From: Mobula birostris
Lineage: Eukaryota
Assembly: GCF_030028105.1 (NCBI RefSeq)
Contig: NC_092392.1
Location: 3,550,613 to 3,614,612 of the forward strand
Direction of reading: 5' to 3'
Length of the DNA stretch: 64,000 bases
A program made the translations under genes and the position numbers. Below, one piece after another: positions 37,565 through 49,290 of this stretch. The first letter of the stretch is position 1. Each line of letters starts with the position of its first letter. The notes beneath the pieces are model-generated. The model was not told where the DNA came from and did no database searches. It saw nothing but the letters and a program-made list of their open reading frames with translations.

Positions 37565-40500
37565 CTGGGGGAGAGAAACGAGATCAAGAAAAATTGGATT
37601 ACAGTGAACAAAAGGATTAAAGGGAGTGATGTGATATTAGATTGTACTGAGGCTTCACAGCAGCTAGCACTTTGTACAAGGAGATGTGACATTTCCATAA
37701 TGGAACCTGGTACCAGAGTAGGATGAACACACTTATGACTGCATCTGAAATTGGTTTATTATTGTCACATTTACCAAGATCAGTGAAAACCTTGTCTTGC
37801 GTACTTTTTGTACAGACTAGGCTAGATAAGATAAAACAATAAAAATGCAGAATAAAACGTAAAATGTACCATAGGAGCGGAGTGCAGTTACAATGATAAA
37901 ATCATAATGAGGTAGATTACGAGACCAAGAGTCCACCTTATCATACAAGAGAACCATTGAAGAGACCAACAACAGCAGAGTAGAAACTGTCCTTGAGACT
38001 GGTGGTATGTGTTTTCAGGCTTTTGTACCTTCTGCCCGATGGGAGAGCTTATATCTCTGGATAATATTTTGGTAGAACTGGAACCATTTACATACAGTGT
38101 CCCCTGAGCTCATGTCCATTGCAATGTTACATAGAGGCAGATCACAAGGGCACAGTTCTGAAACAAGCCAGTGCTCACTGATTTGGCTGCTGTCCAGATC
38201 TCACTATCATTACATCTTTACTGCCTTTTTGAGAATCTTAGGTACATGGACGACAGAAAAATGGAGAGCTATGTGGGAGAGAAGGGTTAGGTTGATCTTG
38301 GAGCAGGTTAAAATGTCAGCATAGTAACATGGACCAAAAGGCCTGCATGATTCCACAACTCGGGACTCATTGTCAAGGTCTCCACAACCCATGTTCTCAA
38401 TGTTACTGATTGATTGTATTTGCACAGTTTTGTCATCTTTCGCACGTTGCTTGTGTCTTTGTTGTAGTTTTTCATTTATTCTATTTTTAAAATTTGTTCT
38501 ACTGTGAATGCCTGCAAGAAAATGAATCTCAGGGAAGTATATGGCGACAGATATGTACTTGGATAATAAATTTACTTTGAACTCGGCTGTAATATTCTAT
38601 GTTCTATAACATTTACACATAAAGCACCATATCTGATCAGTGATCTGCTTGAGATTCTGTGGTGAAGCAGGGATGACAACATTAGGTTAAGGTGATGCTG
38701 ATAGTAAGATTACAGCATAATTAATGCAGCTCTGTGGTAAAGAAGAGATGCCACTTACGGTTTGTGTTTATTTTGATAACACACGTACTGTACACATGAA
38801 TATAAATCTGGTCTCCGGTAGCAAATCAGCCTGTAATGTCCATGGAAAGGTGGCTCGCTACCAGCTTCTCGAGAGCAATTAGGCATGGACAACAATTGTT
38901 GGCCTTGCCAATGACACACAGATCCCCAAAATAAATTTAGGAAAAACATGACTATGAAATTCAGAGGTCCATGATGCATGGTTGAAGCTTCCCTCACTAG
39001 GTTCAGATTTCAGTGGCACCCACTTCCTTTGTAATCAATTAACCTGTGAATACAATCAGAATGTACAGAGCAAACGACCATTTTGTATTCAATGTCAGAT
39101 ATGCTCTACTTTCTGCATAAACAACTAACAAAGAGCTAATTTTCATTTACAGTTAGTGTTGGCTGCAGGTCAGAAATGGGTGTTAGACCAAGCAAGGCTA
39201 ATTATATCAGTGCAAAGCCAATCACCTGCTGTGTAGCTCTAGGGGAAAAAACAAGGTATCTGGAAATGTTAACCCACAAAGAGACAACAGCCCTCTCATT
39301 TTTCATAATTCACCATCTATTGTTATTAAGCTGTAATTTCAACACAAATATGTATTTAGAGCCCTAATATGAATGGGGTATTTGGCACAAGACATCCAAA
39401 TTCCCAGAGTGACTCCTAATGATAAATAGTTCCATCTGTTTGTCCACATGTACAAACCAATTCAATCCAGCAATTAGAATGATTGTGCAGAAAGGCCAGA
39501 AATGGAATATGCTCTGTTTGATGTGAGCTACATGTATGCACGAGTCATTTATAGGTATCTGCTGGTTTTCAATACTGAAAAATAACAAGACAATAAATAA
39601 AGAGACCCCAACAACCCTTACTCATGTTAATAAACTGCTCTGGAATGGTATCCTGAAAATTCATATTTCAGTGACCTCCTCCTCCAAAAAAAAAATCAGA
39701 ATCTATAAATGATTCAATTCATTTCCATTCCATTGATATTTTTCAAAAACAAAAGCTGTAATTATTTTTATTAATTGTTGCCAATCAATGGACGTTCTCT
39801 TAAAATGTGCAGCACAATTTGTCGATCCAGCCATGTGCCAGGTCACAAAGGTAGGGATATCCCAACCTAAATTGTCAGCTCAACTTCCCTCCATAAATGC
39901 TGCCCGACCTGCGAAGCTCCTCCAGTATTGTGTGTATTGCAACAGATTCCAACATCTGCAGTCTCCTGTGTCCCTGTGATGGCTGACCTCTGGCCCAGAA
40001 GCATATATAACAAGCATTTTAGTGGACTTTATAAGTAAGCATTTTTAAAAAATCCAGATTAGTAACTAAATTTAAATTCCACAGATCCCACGGTTTCTGG
40101 ATTACCCATCTGGCAATTTAATCATTGTTCATCTTACAGTGATAGCACATTGGTTAAAACAGTCGAATTGTATCAAGATTTCCAGGCAAAAAAAGCCAGA
40201 GATGTGAGTTCAAATCCTGCCAGAGTACCTAAAAAATTTAAGTTCGAATAATCATATGCCATCAGGAACAACAATAATAACAATAACTAAGGATCACAGA
40301 ACTATCAGAATTGCAGATGGCAATTGTTCATTTGGGAAGGAAATCTGCTCTCAGTACCGACTCTGGTCAATGCGTGACTCCTAATCCAGAGGAGTGCGGC
40401 TGACTTTTAAATGCTCGCTGAAAAGGCAAAGTGTGGCACTCAGTTGGCTAACCACCATCTTTCCAAATGGTTACTAAAGATGTGCAAAATAATCTGGTCT

Positions 40501-40779
40501 TTCCAGGGCTTCCAGATCCCCAAAAAAGAAAATCCCTTTGGAAAGAAATTGCGAAAAAGAATGCCAGGATAAATTCTGCCCCAGGAGATGAGCAAGCTAC
40601 AGGAACTAATGTCATTAGAAAATAGTACAGATGCTGTAACACTGCTCGAAATTATTTAGCTGCCTTGCAGAAAATACCAAAATGAATACAGTAATAGTGG
40701 AGCTACTTCTGTTATAATGAAAATATTAATGACAACAGTACTTAAGTTCCACTGAGTCTTCAGATCCCTTTTTAACTAC

Positions 40780-41140
40780 AAAATAGACACTTGCCACAGG
40801 TGCAGCACCTATTCTTCCAGCTCCTCCCTCCCTCCCAGCAATCAGGGACGCATATACTTTCTAGATGAAGCAGCAAATCACCCGTGCTTCAAACGTAGTC
40901 AACTAGACTTGAAGATGTTCACTACGTGGTCTCCTCCACAATGGACAGAGCAAATGCATATTGGGTGAGTATATTGCAAAGCACCCACATTCAATATGCA
41001 AAGGGAACCTGCAGCCTCTTGTTCGTTGCTAAAGTTCTCCATCCCGTCTCACTCTGACCTATCTCCTGTACTGTAACAGTGAGACTTATGCAAGCTTGAG
41101 GAACAGCTCCTCATCTTCCATCTGAGCCTGTCGTCCTTTA
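40780..41140 (+). mobile_element. Decayed Penelope-like GIY-YIG fragment
   Basis: caagcttgaggaacagctcctcatcttccatctg corresponds to LEEQ.LIF.L of the other copies. Confidence 0.5.
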
Positions 41141-41149
41141 GTGATAGTA

Positions 41150-41695
41150 GCATAGAACATAGACCAGTACAGCACAGCACAGGCCCTTTGGCCCACGACC
41201 TTTCAACCTATTCTAGGCTCAGTCTAACACTTCACACTGACACAGCTCTCATTTTTCTATCATCCACATGCCTATCTAAGAGTTTCTGAAATGTCCCTAA
41301 TGTATCTGCCTCTACCACCACCCCTGGCAGTGAGTTTCATGCATTTACCACTCTCTGTCTAAGCATTTACAACTGACATCTCCCTCAACTTTCCTCGAAT
41401 CACGTTAAAATTATGCCCCCTGGTATTTGCTATTTCCGCCCTGGGAAAAGGTCTCTGGCTATCCATTCAATCTACGCCTCTTATCATCTTGTACACCTCT
41501 ATCAAGAAATCTCTCACCCTCCTTTGCTCCAACCAAAGGGAAAAGGCCAAGCTCACTTAACCTTTCCTCATAAGGCATGCTCTCTAATACAGGCAGCGCC
41601 CTGGTAAATCTCCTCTCCATCCTCTCTAAAGCTTCTACATCTTTCCTATAATGAGGCAACCAGAACTGAGGACAATATTCCAAGTGGGGTCTAAT
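41150..41695 (-). mobile_element. CR1 LINE 3' end
   Basis: EYCPQFWLPHYRKDVEALERMERRFTR; 3' tail atagaacatagac. Confidence 0.85.
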
Positions 41696-42109
41696 ATTGG
41701 CCCAGCTTGTTTGTTGATTTCACCCTCTGGGAGTGGAGGACAAGTTAGCCCAATCTGCCAAGGATATCTTCCTGTTCTGCATTTCATCATTCCTCCAGTC
41801 TTCTGTCAAGATTCTTTTTTATATGTACTCACTCACTCTCTCACTGCTTCCACTCACACAGTGGGATGACCTCATCTGCAACTTAACCCAATCGACACTT
41901 CAGTTTTACCTTGTCAGAGACAAATCCCACCTTCACGCTCCCAGCAGCCTAGCTCACTGCTTTAATCTCTGTCCCATTTTTGACGAAGGGACTTTCACCA
42001 ATTTCCCCCGGGATCAATAAAGTATGACTATGACACCTGAAACATTAAGTTTGCTTTTCTTCTCACACATGTGGTCTGAGCTGCATTTCCTGTTTTGATA
42101 TTACTTCTG

Positions 42110-42625
42110 CAGATATACCGTGGAGAGCATTCTGATTGGCTGCATCATCATCTAGTGGGGGGGGCGCGGGTGCTACTGCACAGGATCGAAAGAAGCTACA
42201 GTAAATTGTAAAATTAGACAGCTCCATCATAGGTACTAGCCTCCATTGATCCAAGACACCTTCACGGAGCGGTGCCTCAGAAACGCGGCATCCATTATTA
42301 AGGACCCCCATCACCCAGAACATGCCCTCTTCTCATTGTTACCATCAGGAAGGAGGTACAGAAGCCTGAAGACACACAGTCAGTGATTCAGGAACAGCTT
42401 CTTCCCCTCTGTCAACCAATTTCTAAATGGACATTGAACCCATGAATACTACCTCAATTTTTATTTTTTTTGCACTATTTTAACTAGTTACTATACATAT
42501 ATACTTACTGTAATTGATTAACTTATTTATTTTTCTTGTCTATTTATCACAAATTACATTGTACCGCTGCTGCTAAGTTAACAGATTTCATGACATATGC
42601 CAGTGATATTAAACCTGATTCTGAG
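42110..42625 (+). mobile_element. Rex1-type LINE 3' end
   Basis: gcatccattattaaggacccccatcaccc...ccatcaggaaggaggtacagaagcctgaag; tail attaaacctgattctga. Confidence 0.8.
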
Positions 42626-43306
42626 AAAAAGAAATTTCCCCTTCTTTTCTCTTGATATCTCTTCCCCACTTCTGATGAAGGGTCCCGAACAAGAAATGAC
42701 AACCATTTCAATTTTTTCACATGCTGCCTGACCTGTGTGTTTCTGGTCATTTCTGTTTTCATTTAAGGATCTGAAAATCTCTCTTTTAAAAATATTCAGA
42801 GATGCTGCGTCTACCTCACATGGAGGACGAGAATTCTGAAGCATCAGAGCAAGAGTACTCAGAAAAAAAATCCACCTAAGCTGTCTCTGAAATGGGTGAC
42901 TCCTTATTTTCAAATAATGCCTCCACAGTAATTCTTGCACCCATCCTGTCAAAATCCCTCAAAACCTTGAAAGTTTCAATCACAGTGACCCTCTTTCTTC
43001 TGAACTCCAGCTCATCTAGGCATAGCTTGTCCAACCTTTCCTCATAAGTGAAATTGGGACATTACAGATACAGTATTAGTCTTGTAAAACCTGCTGTGAA
43101 CCGCTTGCTTTACACTTACATTCATCTTTAGATTAAGGGTCAATACTAAACACAGTACTCCAGATGTGGTATGATATAAATTAATCATAAACTCCCTCCT
43201 TTTGTATTCAATTCTCCTTGCAATAAACAATAACGTCTGTTAGCTCTCCTAATTACCTGCTGTAACTGCATACCAGCCTTTTGAGAACTATGCTGTAAGA
43301 TGCCCA

Positions 43307-44039
43307 CAACAACAGGTATTCTGCAGATGCTGGAAATTCAAGCTCCCGATGTGGCCTTTTATATATTGGCGAGACCCGACGCAGACTGGGAGACTGCTTT
43401 GCTGAACATCTACGCTCTGTCCGCCAGAGAAAGCAGGATCTCCCAGTGGCCACACATTTTAATTCCACATCCCATTCCCATTCTGACATGTCTATCCACG
43501 GCCTCCTATACTGTAAAGATGAAGCCACACTCAGGTTGGAGGAACAACACCTTATATTCCGTCTGGGTAGCCTCCAACCTGATATATTCCGTCTGGGTAG
43601 CCTCCAACCTGATGGCATGAACATCGACTTCTCTAACTTCTGCTAAGGCCCCACCTCCCCCTCGTACCCCATCTGTTACTTATTTTTATGCACACATTCT
43701 TTCTCTCACTCTCCTTTTTCTCCTTCTGTCCCTCTGAATATACCTCTTGCCCATCCTCTGGGTCCCCCACCCCCCCTTGTCTTTCTTCCCGGACCTCCTG
43801 TCCCATGATCCTCTCGTATCCCCCTTTGCCTATCACCAGTCCAGCTCTTGGCTCCATCCCTCCCCCTCCTGTCTTCTCCTATCATTTTGGATCTCCCCCT
43901 CCCCCTCCAACTTTCAAATCCCTTACTCACTCTTCCTTCAGTTAGTCCTGACGAAGGGTCTCGGCCTGAAACGTTGACTGCACCTCTTCTTAGAGATGCT
44001 GCCTGGCCTGCTGCGTTCACCAGCAACTTTGATGTGTGT
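43307..44039 (+). mobile_element. Penelope-like element with 13-bp TSD, inverted 5' pseudo-LTR stub, GIY-YIG remnant and hammerhead
   Basis: TSD tgtaagatgccca at 43294-43306 and 44040-44052. Encodes CGLLYIGETRRRLGDCFAEHLRSVR...VATHFNSTSHSHSDMSIHGL...LEEQHLIFRLGSLQPDGMNIDFSNF. Confidence 0.92.
43944..43979 (+). ncRNA. Minimal type-I hammerhead ribozyme motif, intact core
   Basis: AGUC CUGACGA AGG GUCUCGG CCU GAAACGUU GACU: 4-bp stem I, AGG/CCU stem II, palindromic AACGUU, GUU triplet. Lies downstream of a GIY-YIG coding remnant. Confidence 0.75.
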
Positions 44040-45299
44040 TGTAAGATGCCCAGATCCCTTTGTGCCTCAGATCTCTGCAGTCTGTCACCATTTAGATAAT
44101 ACACTTTTATATCTTCCTTGCCAAAATCATCAGTTCACATTTTCCTGCATAATGCTCAATTTGCCAGATGTGATCTCATCAATGTTTTAGATAACAATGA
44201 AGCATAACTGTTCTCTTTCCACTCAAACCCCCAGCAATTGGCCAGATGTTTGCCGACACATTCCTTTTTTTAAGCCTCCTTTTGCTCTCTTCACACCCTC
44301 CTCATCTTCCTCCCTTTGCCTCGTAAGTAAATTTAGCAACTACCGTCTCTTTGGTGCCTTCATCCAGGTCACTTGAACTTAAATGCTGAGACTTCAACTT
44401 TAATTTCCTCCCGCACTTACATTGCTACATCTTACCAAGTAAGAAAAGATTCACTTATGCCAACTGCTCCCTGTTAGCCAGCCAGCCTTCTGTCCAGACC
44501 AATGCTGTCCCCTACACCACGATCTTGTATTTCTCTGAGTACCCTCTGATCTGCTGCATCACAGCGATATAAATGCAATAAATGAAACTTCAGTTAAGAG
44601 TCCGTGGTGAAGTTGAACTTCTGTAATGTTTTAAGGTATTTTGCACTGTTCAGCTCCTTTGATAGTTACTGTACTCTTTATGAAGGTCTGTCTTTTACTC
44701 TGTCAGCAGGCACAAGCAGCGGCAGCTGTTAATTACTAATTGCCAATGCCAATTCATTCCTTACAAACAAATACCATACAAGAGGTTTAAATAAATGACT
44801 CAGGATGGCATTTTCTCTATTTCTCTCCCAATCACATCCAACAACGTTCACCAGCTGCACTCCCTGAACAGAGAGTACACCATCAGCTTGTGTTCACTGA
44901 ATCTTTACGGACTGATTAAATATTCCTACCAAATTAAAAGCTTATTGTTACTGGACATTAACCAGAATTTAGTCCTGTGAAGAGGCTTCCAGAAAGCAGG
45001 AGTTGGCTAATGAGTCACAAGGTCCCTTTGGGTATAATTTAACCACTTTTACTCTGAGTCCATAACCATGTTTCACCTTCAAGCCCAAACCAATCATTGG
45101 TGTGCAGCTCAACAAAGTACTCATTCCACACATCCTCTCAGCAAAATTCTTTCATTATTTAGAATAGCTCCACTAGGACTGCTAGGAGGCATTGACCCCG
45201 TCTACTTATCAAACAAGCTGTAATTCCCAGGTTTACCTGGAGGGAAACTAAATAATGCATTTCTTCTATGTTTCCCCCTTCTGTTTAACTATTTATTTA

Positions 45300-45630
45300 T
45301 TCTTCCTTTTCTCCCCTCCCCTTCACTCTTCTTTTCTCCACTCTGGCCTCAGCTCTTCTCCTCACCTGCCTATCAGCAACTCCCTCTTCTCTTTCACCCA
45401 TGGTCCACTCGCCTCTCCTTTCAGATACTTTCCTCTCCTCCCCTTCACCTTTCACACCCACCTGGCTTCACCTATCACTTTCAAACTAGTTCTCCCTCCC
45501 CTCCTCCAACCTTTCCAGTCCCGAAGAAGGATCTTAGCCCAAAATGTCGACTGTTTATTCAGTTCCATAGATGCTGCCTGACCTGCTGAGTTTCTCCAGT
45601 ATGTTTTGTGTGTTTTTTTCTGGTAGATTT
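45300..45630 (+). mobile_element. Penelope pseudo-LTR with mutated hammerhead (45516-45553)
   Basis: Pyrimidine tract followed by cagtcCCGAAGAaggatcttagcccAAAAtgtcgactg and gatgctgcctgacctgctgag. Confidence 0.75.
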
Positions 45631-46384
45631 GCAATCGCACTGGTTATGTTCCATTTTGCAATACAAATATTTTGTTTGTATAATTTATGAGATGACAGAT
45701 GTGGGATCAAACAGGATTGTATACACGGCAAAACTATATATGATTGGAAAGATACCATCTTTACTTCGGCACCAAGTCACAGAGGAAAGAAGTAGAATAC
45801 CAAAAAAACAGGAGGACTGGATTACTTCAGCTGTGTAGCACATACTGACAAGCAGCCTGGGACACAGGGTTAAGTTACTATTATTCATATGAGATGCAGA
45901 TAAATTTCATAACAAATTAAATTTTAACAAAAAGTAATAAGAATGTGTATGGGGTAGCCTGGATCAAACTGTCAATCACTGAGATTAATTCTTTCATTTC
46001 AAACAAATTAAATAAATCTTCAAATGTTGCGTGGTTATGGAAGAGTATAATTGATGTATTAGGAGAATGTAACAAGGTTGTAATTTAATTGGGAGATACA
46101 CATGATGTCAAAAATGGCAATAGTCGATTACACCATCATCTGAATCCAGAGATTGAATTGCACCTCTCATGTTAAACAAAGTCTATTTGTGATGTTATTA
46201 AAAAACCTGATTTCTTTCTTAGAGCATCTGTAATAAAACAACAAAATCAGCTGCTGCTGAACATTTGTCCTGTAATGTTTGCTAGGAGGTTACTGTCTTG
46301 CTGTTTAGAGAGTTTGGATAGCCATTCTTACCTAATCTCAGACATGACGGCAGTAACTTGGAGGAGATACTGAAAGGAGGCACA

Positions 46385-47090
46385 AGATTGATGGAGGAAC
46401 TCAGCAGACCAGGCAGCACCTATGAAAAAAAGCAGAGTCAACGTTTCAGGTTGAAACCCTGAATGGCTTTGGCCTGAAACGTTGACTGTACTTTTTTCCA
46501 TAGATGCTGCCTGGCCTGCTGAGTTCCTCCAGCATTTTGAGTGTCTTGCTCGGATTCTCAGCATCTGCAGATGAAGCCACGCTTGGAGGAACAACACCTT
46601 ATATTCCGTCTGCATAGCCTCCAACCTGATGACATGACCATTGGCTTCTCTAACTTCTGTTAATGCCCTTCCTCCCATTTTCACCCCATCCCTTAGTTGT
46701 TTATTTTTCTATCTATCTATCCTTTTTTTCTCTGTCTGTCTCTCTCACAATTACTCTGCCTGCTCTCCATCTTCCTCTGGCGCTCTCCTCCCCCTTTCTT
46801 TCTCCCTAGGCCTCCCATCCCATGATCCTCTCCTTTCTCCAGCTCTGTATCCCTTTTGCCTATCAATTTTCCAGCTCCTAGCTCTATCCCTCCCCCTCCT
46901 GTCTTCTCCTATCATTTCGGATCTCCCCCTCTCCCTCCTACTTTCAAATCTCTTACTATCTCTTCTTTCAGTTAGTCCTGAAACATCGACTATGCTCCTT
47001 CCTATAGATGCTGCCTGGCCTGCTGCGTTCCACCAGCATTTTGTGTGTGTTGCTTGAATTTCCAGCATCTGCAGATTTTCTCTCGTTTGT
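46385..47090 (+). mobile_element. Composite Penelope-like locus: inverted pseudo-LTR pair, GIY-YIG tail, terminal pseudo-LTR
   Basis: Arms ~46392-46450 and ~46473-46531 are inverted, followed by LEEQHLIFRL-type sequence. The terminal pseudo-LTR has its hammerhead core deleted at ~46978. Confidence 0.85.
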
Positions 47091-47221
47091 GGCAAAATTG
47101 ACGGTGTTCTGCTGGAACGCTGCTCATTTACACGACAAACATGAAGCTATTAATTTGTGTTTCCTCCTCTCCAGAACCAAGATCACCGCAACTTCAGTCA
47201 TGAAGATCATCCCACTCCATG

Positions 47222-47620
47222 TCTTTTGAGGATAGGTTGATTTTCTCTCTGGAATGAAGGAGGATGAGAAATGACCTGATAAAGGTGTACAAGATGAAAG
47301 AGGCATAGACAGAGCGGATAGCCAGAGACTTTTTCCTGAGAAGGAAATGGCGATCTACAAGGGGCCATAGTTTTAAGGTGACTGGGGGAACATATGGGGA
47401 TGGAGGGTGGGTGTCTATCAAGTCACCTCTCATTCTCCTTCATGTGAAACAGAAAAGTCCTAGCTCGCTCAACCTATCTTCATAAGACATGCCCTCTAAT
47501 CCAGCTGCACCCTGCTAAATCTCCTCAGCATCCTCTCTAAAGCTCTACATCCTCCTTATAATGAACCGAACAGACCTGAACAGAAAATTCCAAGTGTGGA
47601 TCTAACCAGGGTTTTATAAA
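47222..47620. mobile_element. CR1 fragments in opposite orientations
   Basis: A forward piece (~47222-47405) abuts a reverse piece (~47410-47620), and both contain the RRMRGDLI-coding segment. Confidence 0.7.
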
Positions 47621-48589
47621 GCTGGAAGAGTAGCGGTTAGTGTGATGTTATTACAGCTGCGGGGGGCGGGCGGGGTTCAGAGTAGGGAGTTCAAGTCCAG
47701 CATCCTTTGTTAGAACATTCTTCCCATTTGCACAGTCCAGTTAATAGGTTAATTGGTGATCGAAAATTATTTTAGAAGCTTTTTGTATGGCGCATGGCCA
47801 CCTAATGGGGTTTTTTTCTCACTTCTTCTGCTTAGTAAGTTTTTTTTGTTATCACAAATTTTTTTTCAATCTTTAAGATAATGTCTTTTTTGAGACATTG
47901 TAAGTGTTGTTACTTCAATGTACTCATGTTATTTCTTTTGTATAATATAACAATAAAAAGATTTGAAAAGAAAGAAAATTGCCCTGTGGATAGCCTGGAG
48001 TTAAATAGTTGTATTGCTTGGCAGTGCAGCTCGTTGAGCTGGAAGGGCCTGTTCTGCTCTGTGTCTCTAAGTAAAAATAACATTACCTTAACAGAAGAAT
48101 ATGTCAATGGGGTTAGACAAAGCAGTGCAAGAGGAGGCTTGTTTGAGCTGTAAACACTGACATGGATCAATGGGGTATGGCAGCAGAGTGAGGAAGCCAA
48201 CTAGTACCCAGAATCTGAATCCCATTATGGCAGCTGGGGAATTTAAATTAAATTAAAATAGAATAAACATCAGTCTCAATCATGATGACCAGAAAACAAT
48301 TGGATTGTCACAAAACACCATCTGTTTGGCTTTTTACGTCTGGGATCAAATTCACAAGAGAACATGATCTTCCATTCCAAATGTGAACTTTGACATCAAC
48401 TGTATTTTGCCAGATTATCCTTACGTCGCTGAGTTTTCCATTGCCCAAAAGATCAATTTCAAGCCTGAATCTTTTTATTGACTGAACAATGGGAGTTATG
48501 TTGGAACAGAAGATTCCAAGGTTTTCTTCAACTCAGACCTAAACTGCCTCCAATTATCCTGAGACTTGAGACTTTTATTCTCGTCTCTC

Positions 48590-48870
48590 CGTGTATGGTA
48601 GCAGAGCGGTTAGTGCAATCGATTTACAGTACCAGTGATCACTGCTCAAGGTTCGTTTCCTGCTGCTGTCTTCAAGGAGTTTGTAAGTTTTCCCCATGAC
48701 CACGTGGCTTTCCTCCTAGAGCTTCAGTTTCCTCCCCCATTCCAAAGACACATGGTTAGGGTTAGTGAGTTGTGGGCAGCCCTGGCACAATCCTTGGTCT
48801 GTGTTGGTTGTTGAAGCAAAACGATACATTTCATTGCATGTTTCAATGCATGTGACAAGTAAAGCTAATG
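48590..48870 (+). mobile_element. tRNA-derived V-SINE-like element
   Basis: A/B-box-like tggtagcagagcggttag...ggttcgtttcc followed by V-domain-like ggagtttgtaagttttcccc...gtttcctcccccattccaaagac. Related copies at ~32355-32480 (-), ~47625-47760, ~51335-51420 (-), ~52780-52930 (-) and ~58585-58740. Confidence 0.65.
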
Positions 48871-49039
48871 CGATCAAGCTAAATTAACACAGACAATGAT
48901 GAATGCTTGTGAAACCATACCTCAGCCAAAGTTGGCTAGATAGGGAGAAGGAGGAAGAAAACTTTTGCTGCAATGGCGACAGAGTGGCAAAGGAAAGCAG
49001 GATAAATGAATAACTTCGTTTGCTATGTTCGTATGTGCC

Positions 49040-49290
49040 GTGTTGTATGATGTGGGTGATCATGGTCTTTCTGTGACCATGATTATTTGTGGCAAATTTT
49101 TCAACAGAAAGTGGTTTGCCATTGCCTTCTTCCGGGCAGTGCCTTTACAAGACGGGTGACCCAAGCCATTATCAATACTCTTCAGAGATCGTCTGCCTGG
49201 TGTCAGTGGTTGCATAACCAGTACTTGTGATATGCACCAGCACCTCATACAACCATCCGCCGCATGCCCTCATGGCTTCACGTGACCCAA
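49040..49290 (-). mobile_element. RTE-related SINE-like fragment
   Basis: Minus strand gaagaaggcaatggcaaaccacttt, a motif typical of RTE-type 3' ends. Confidence 0.45.

Larger units (their letters stand above)
42800..44160 (-). mobile_element. Decayed CR1 LINE hosting a Penelope insertion
   Basis: YYLNGDRLQRSEAQRDLGIL (44104-44045) continues on the other side of the insertion with FIARRIEYK (43230). Confidence 0.75.

Noticed and set aside
37324-37698. 124-aa single-exon CHCH protein or processed pseudogene
   Set aside because: Similarity is confined to the 136 nt between canonical splice sites; the flanking codons are intronic.
48590-48665. tRNA gene
   Set aside because: A/B-box-like head continues into a V-SINE body; no complete cloverleaf.
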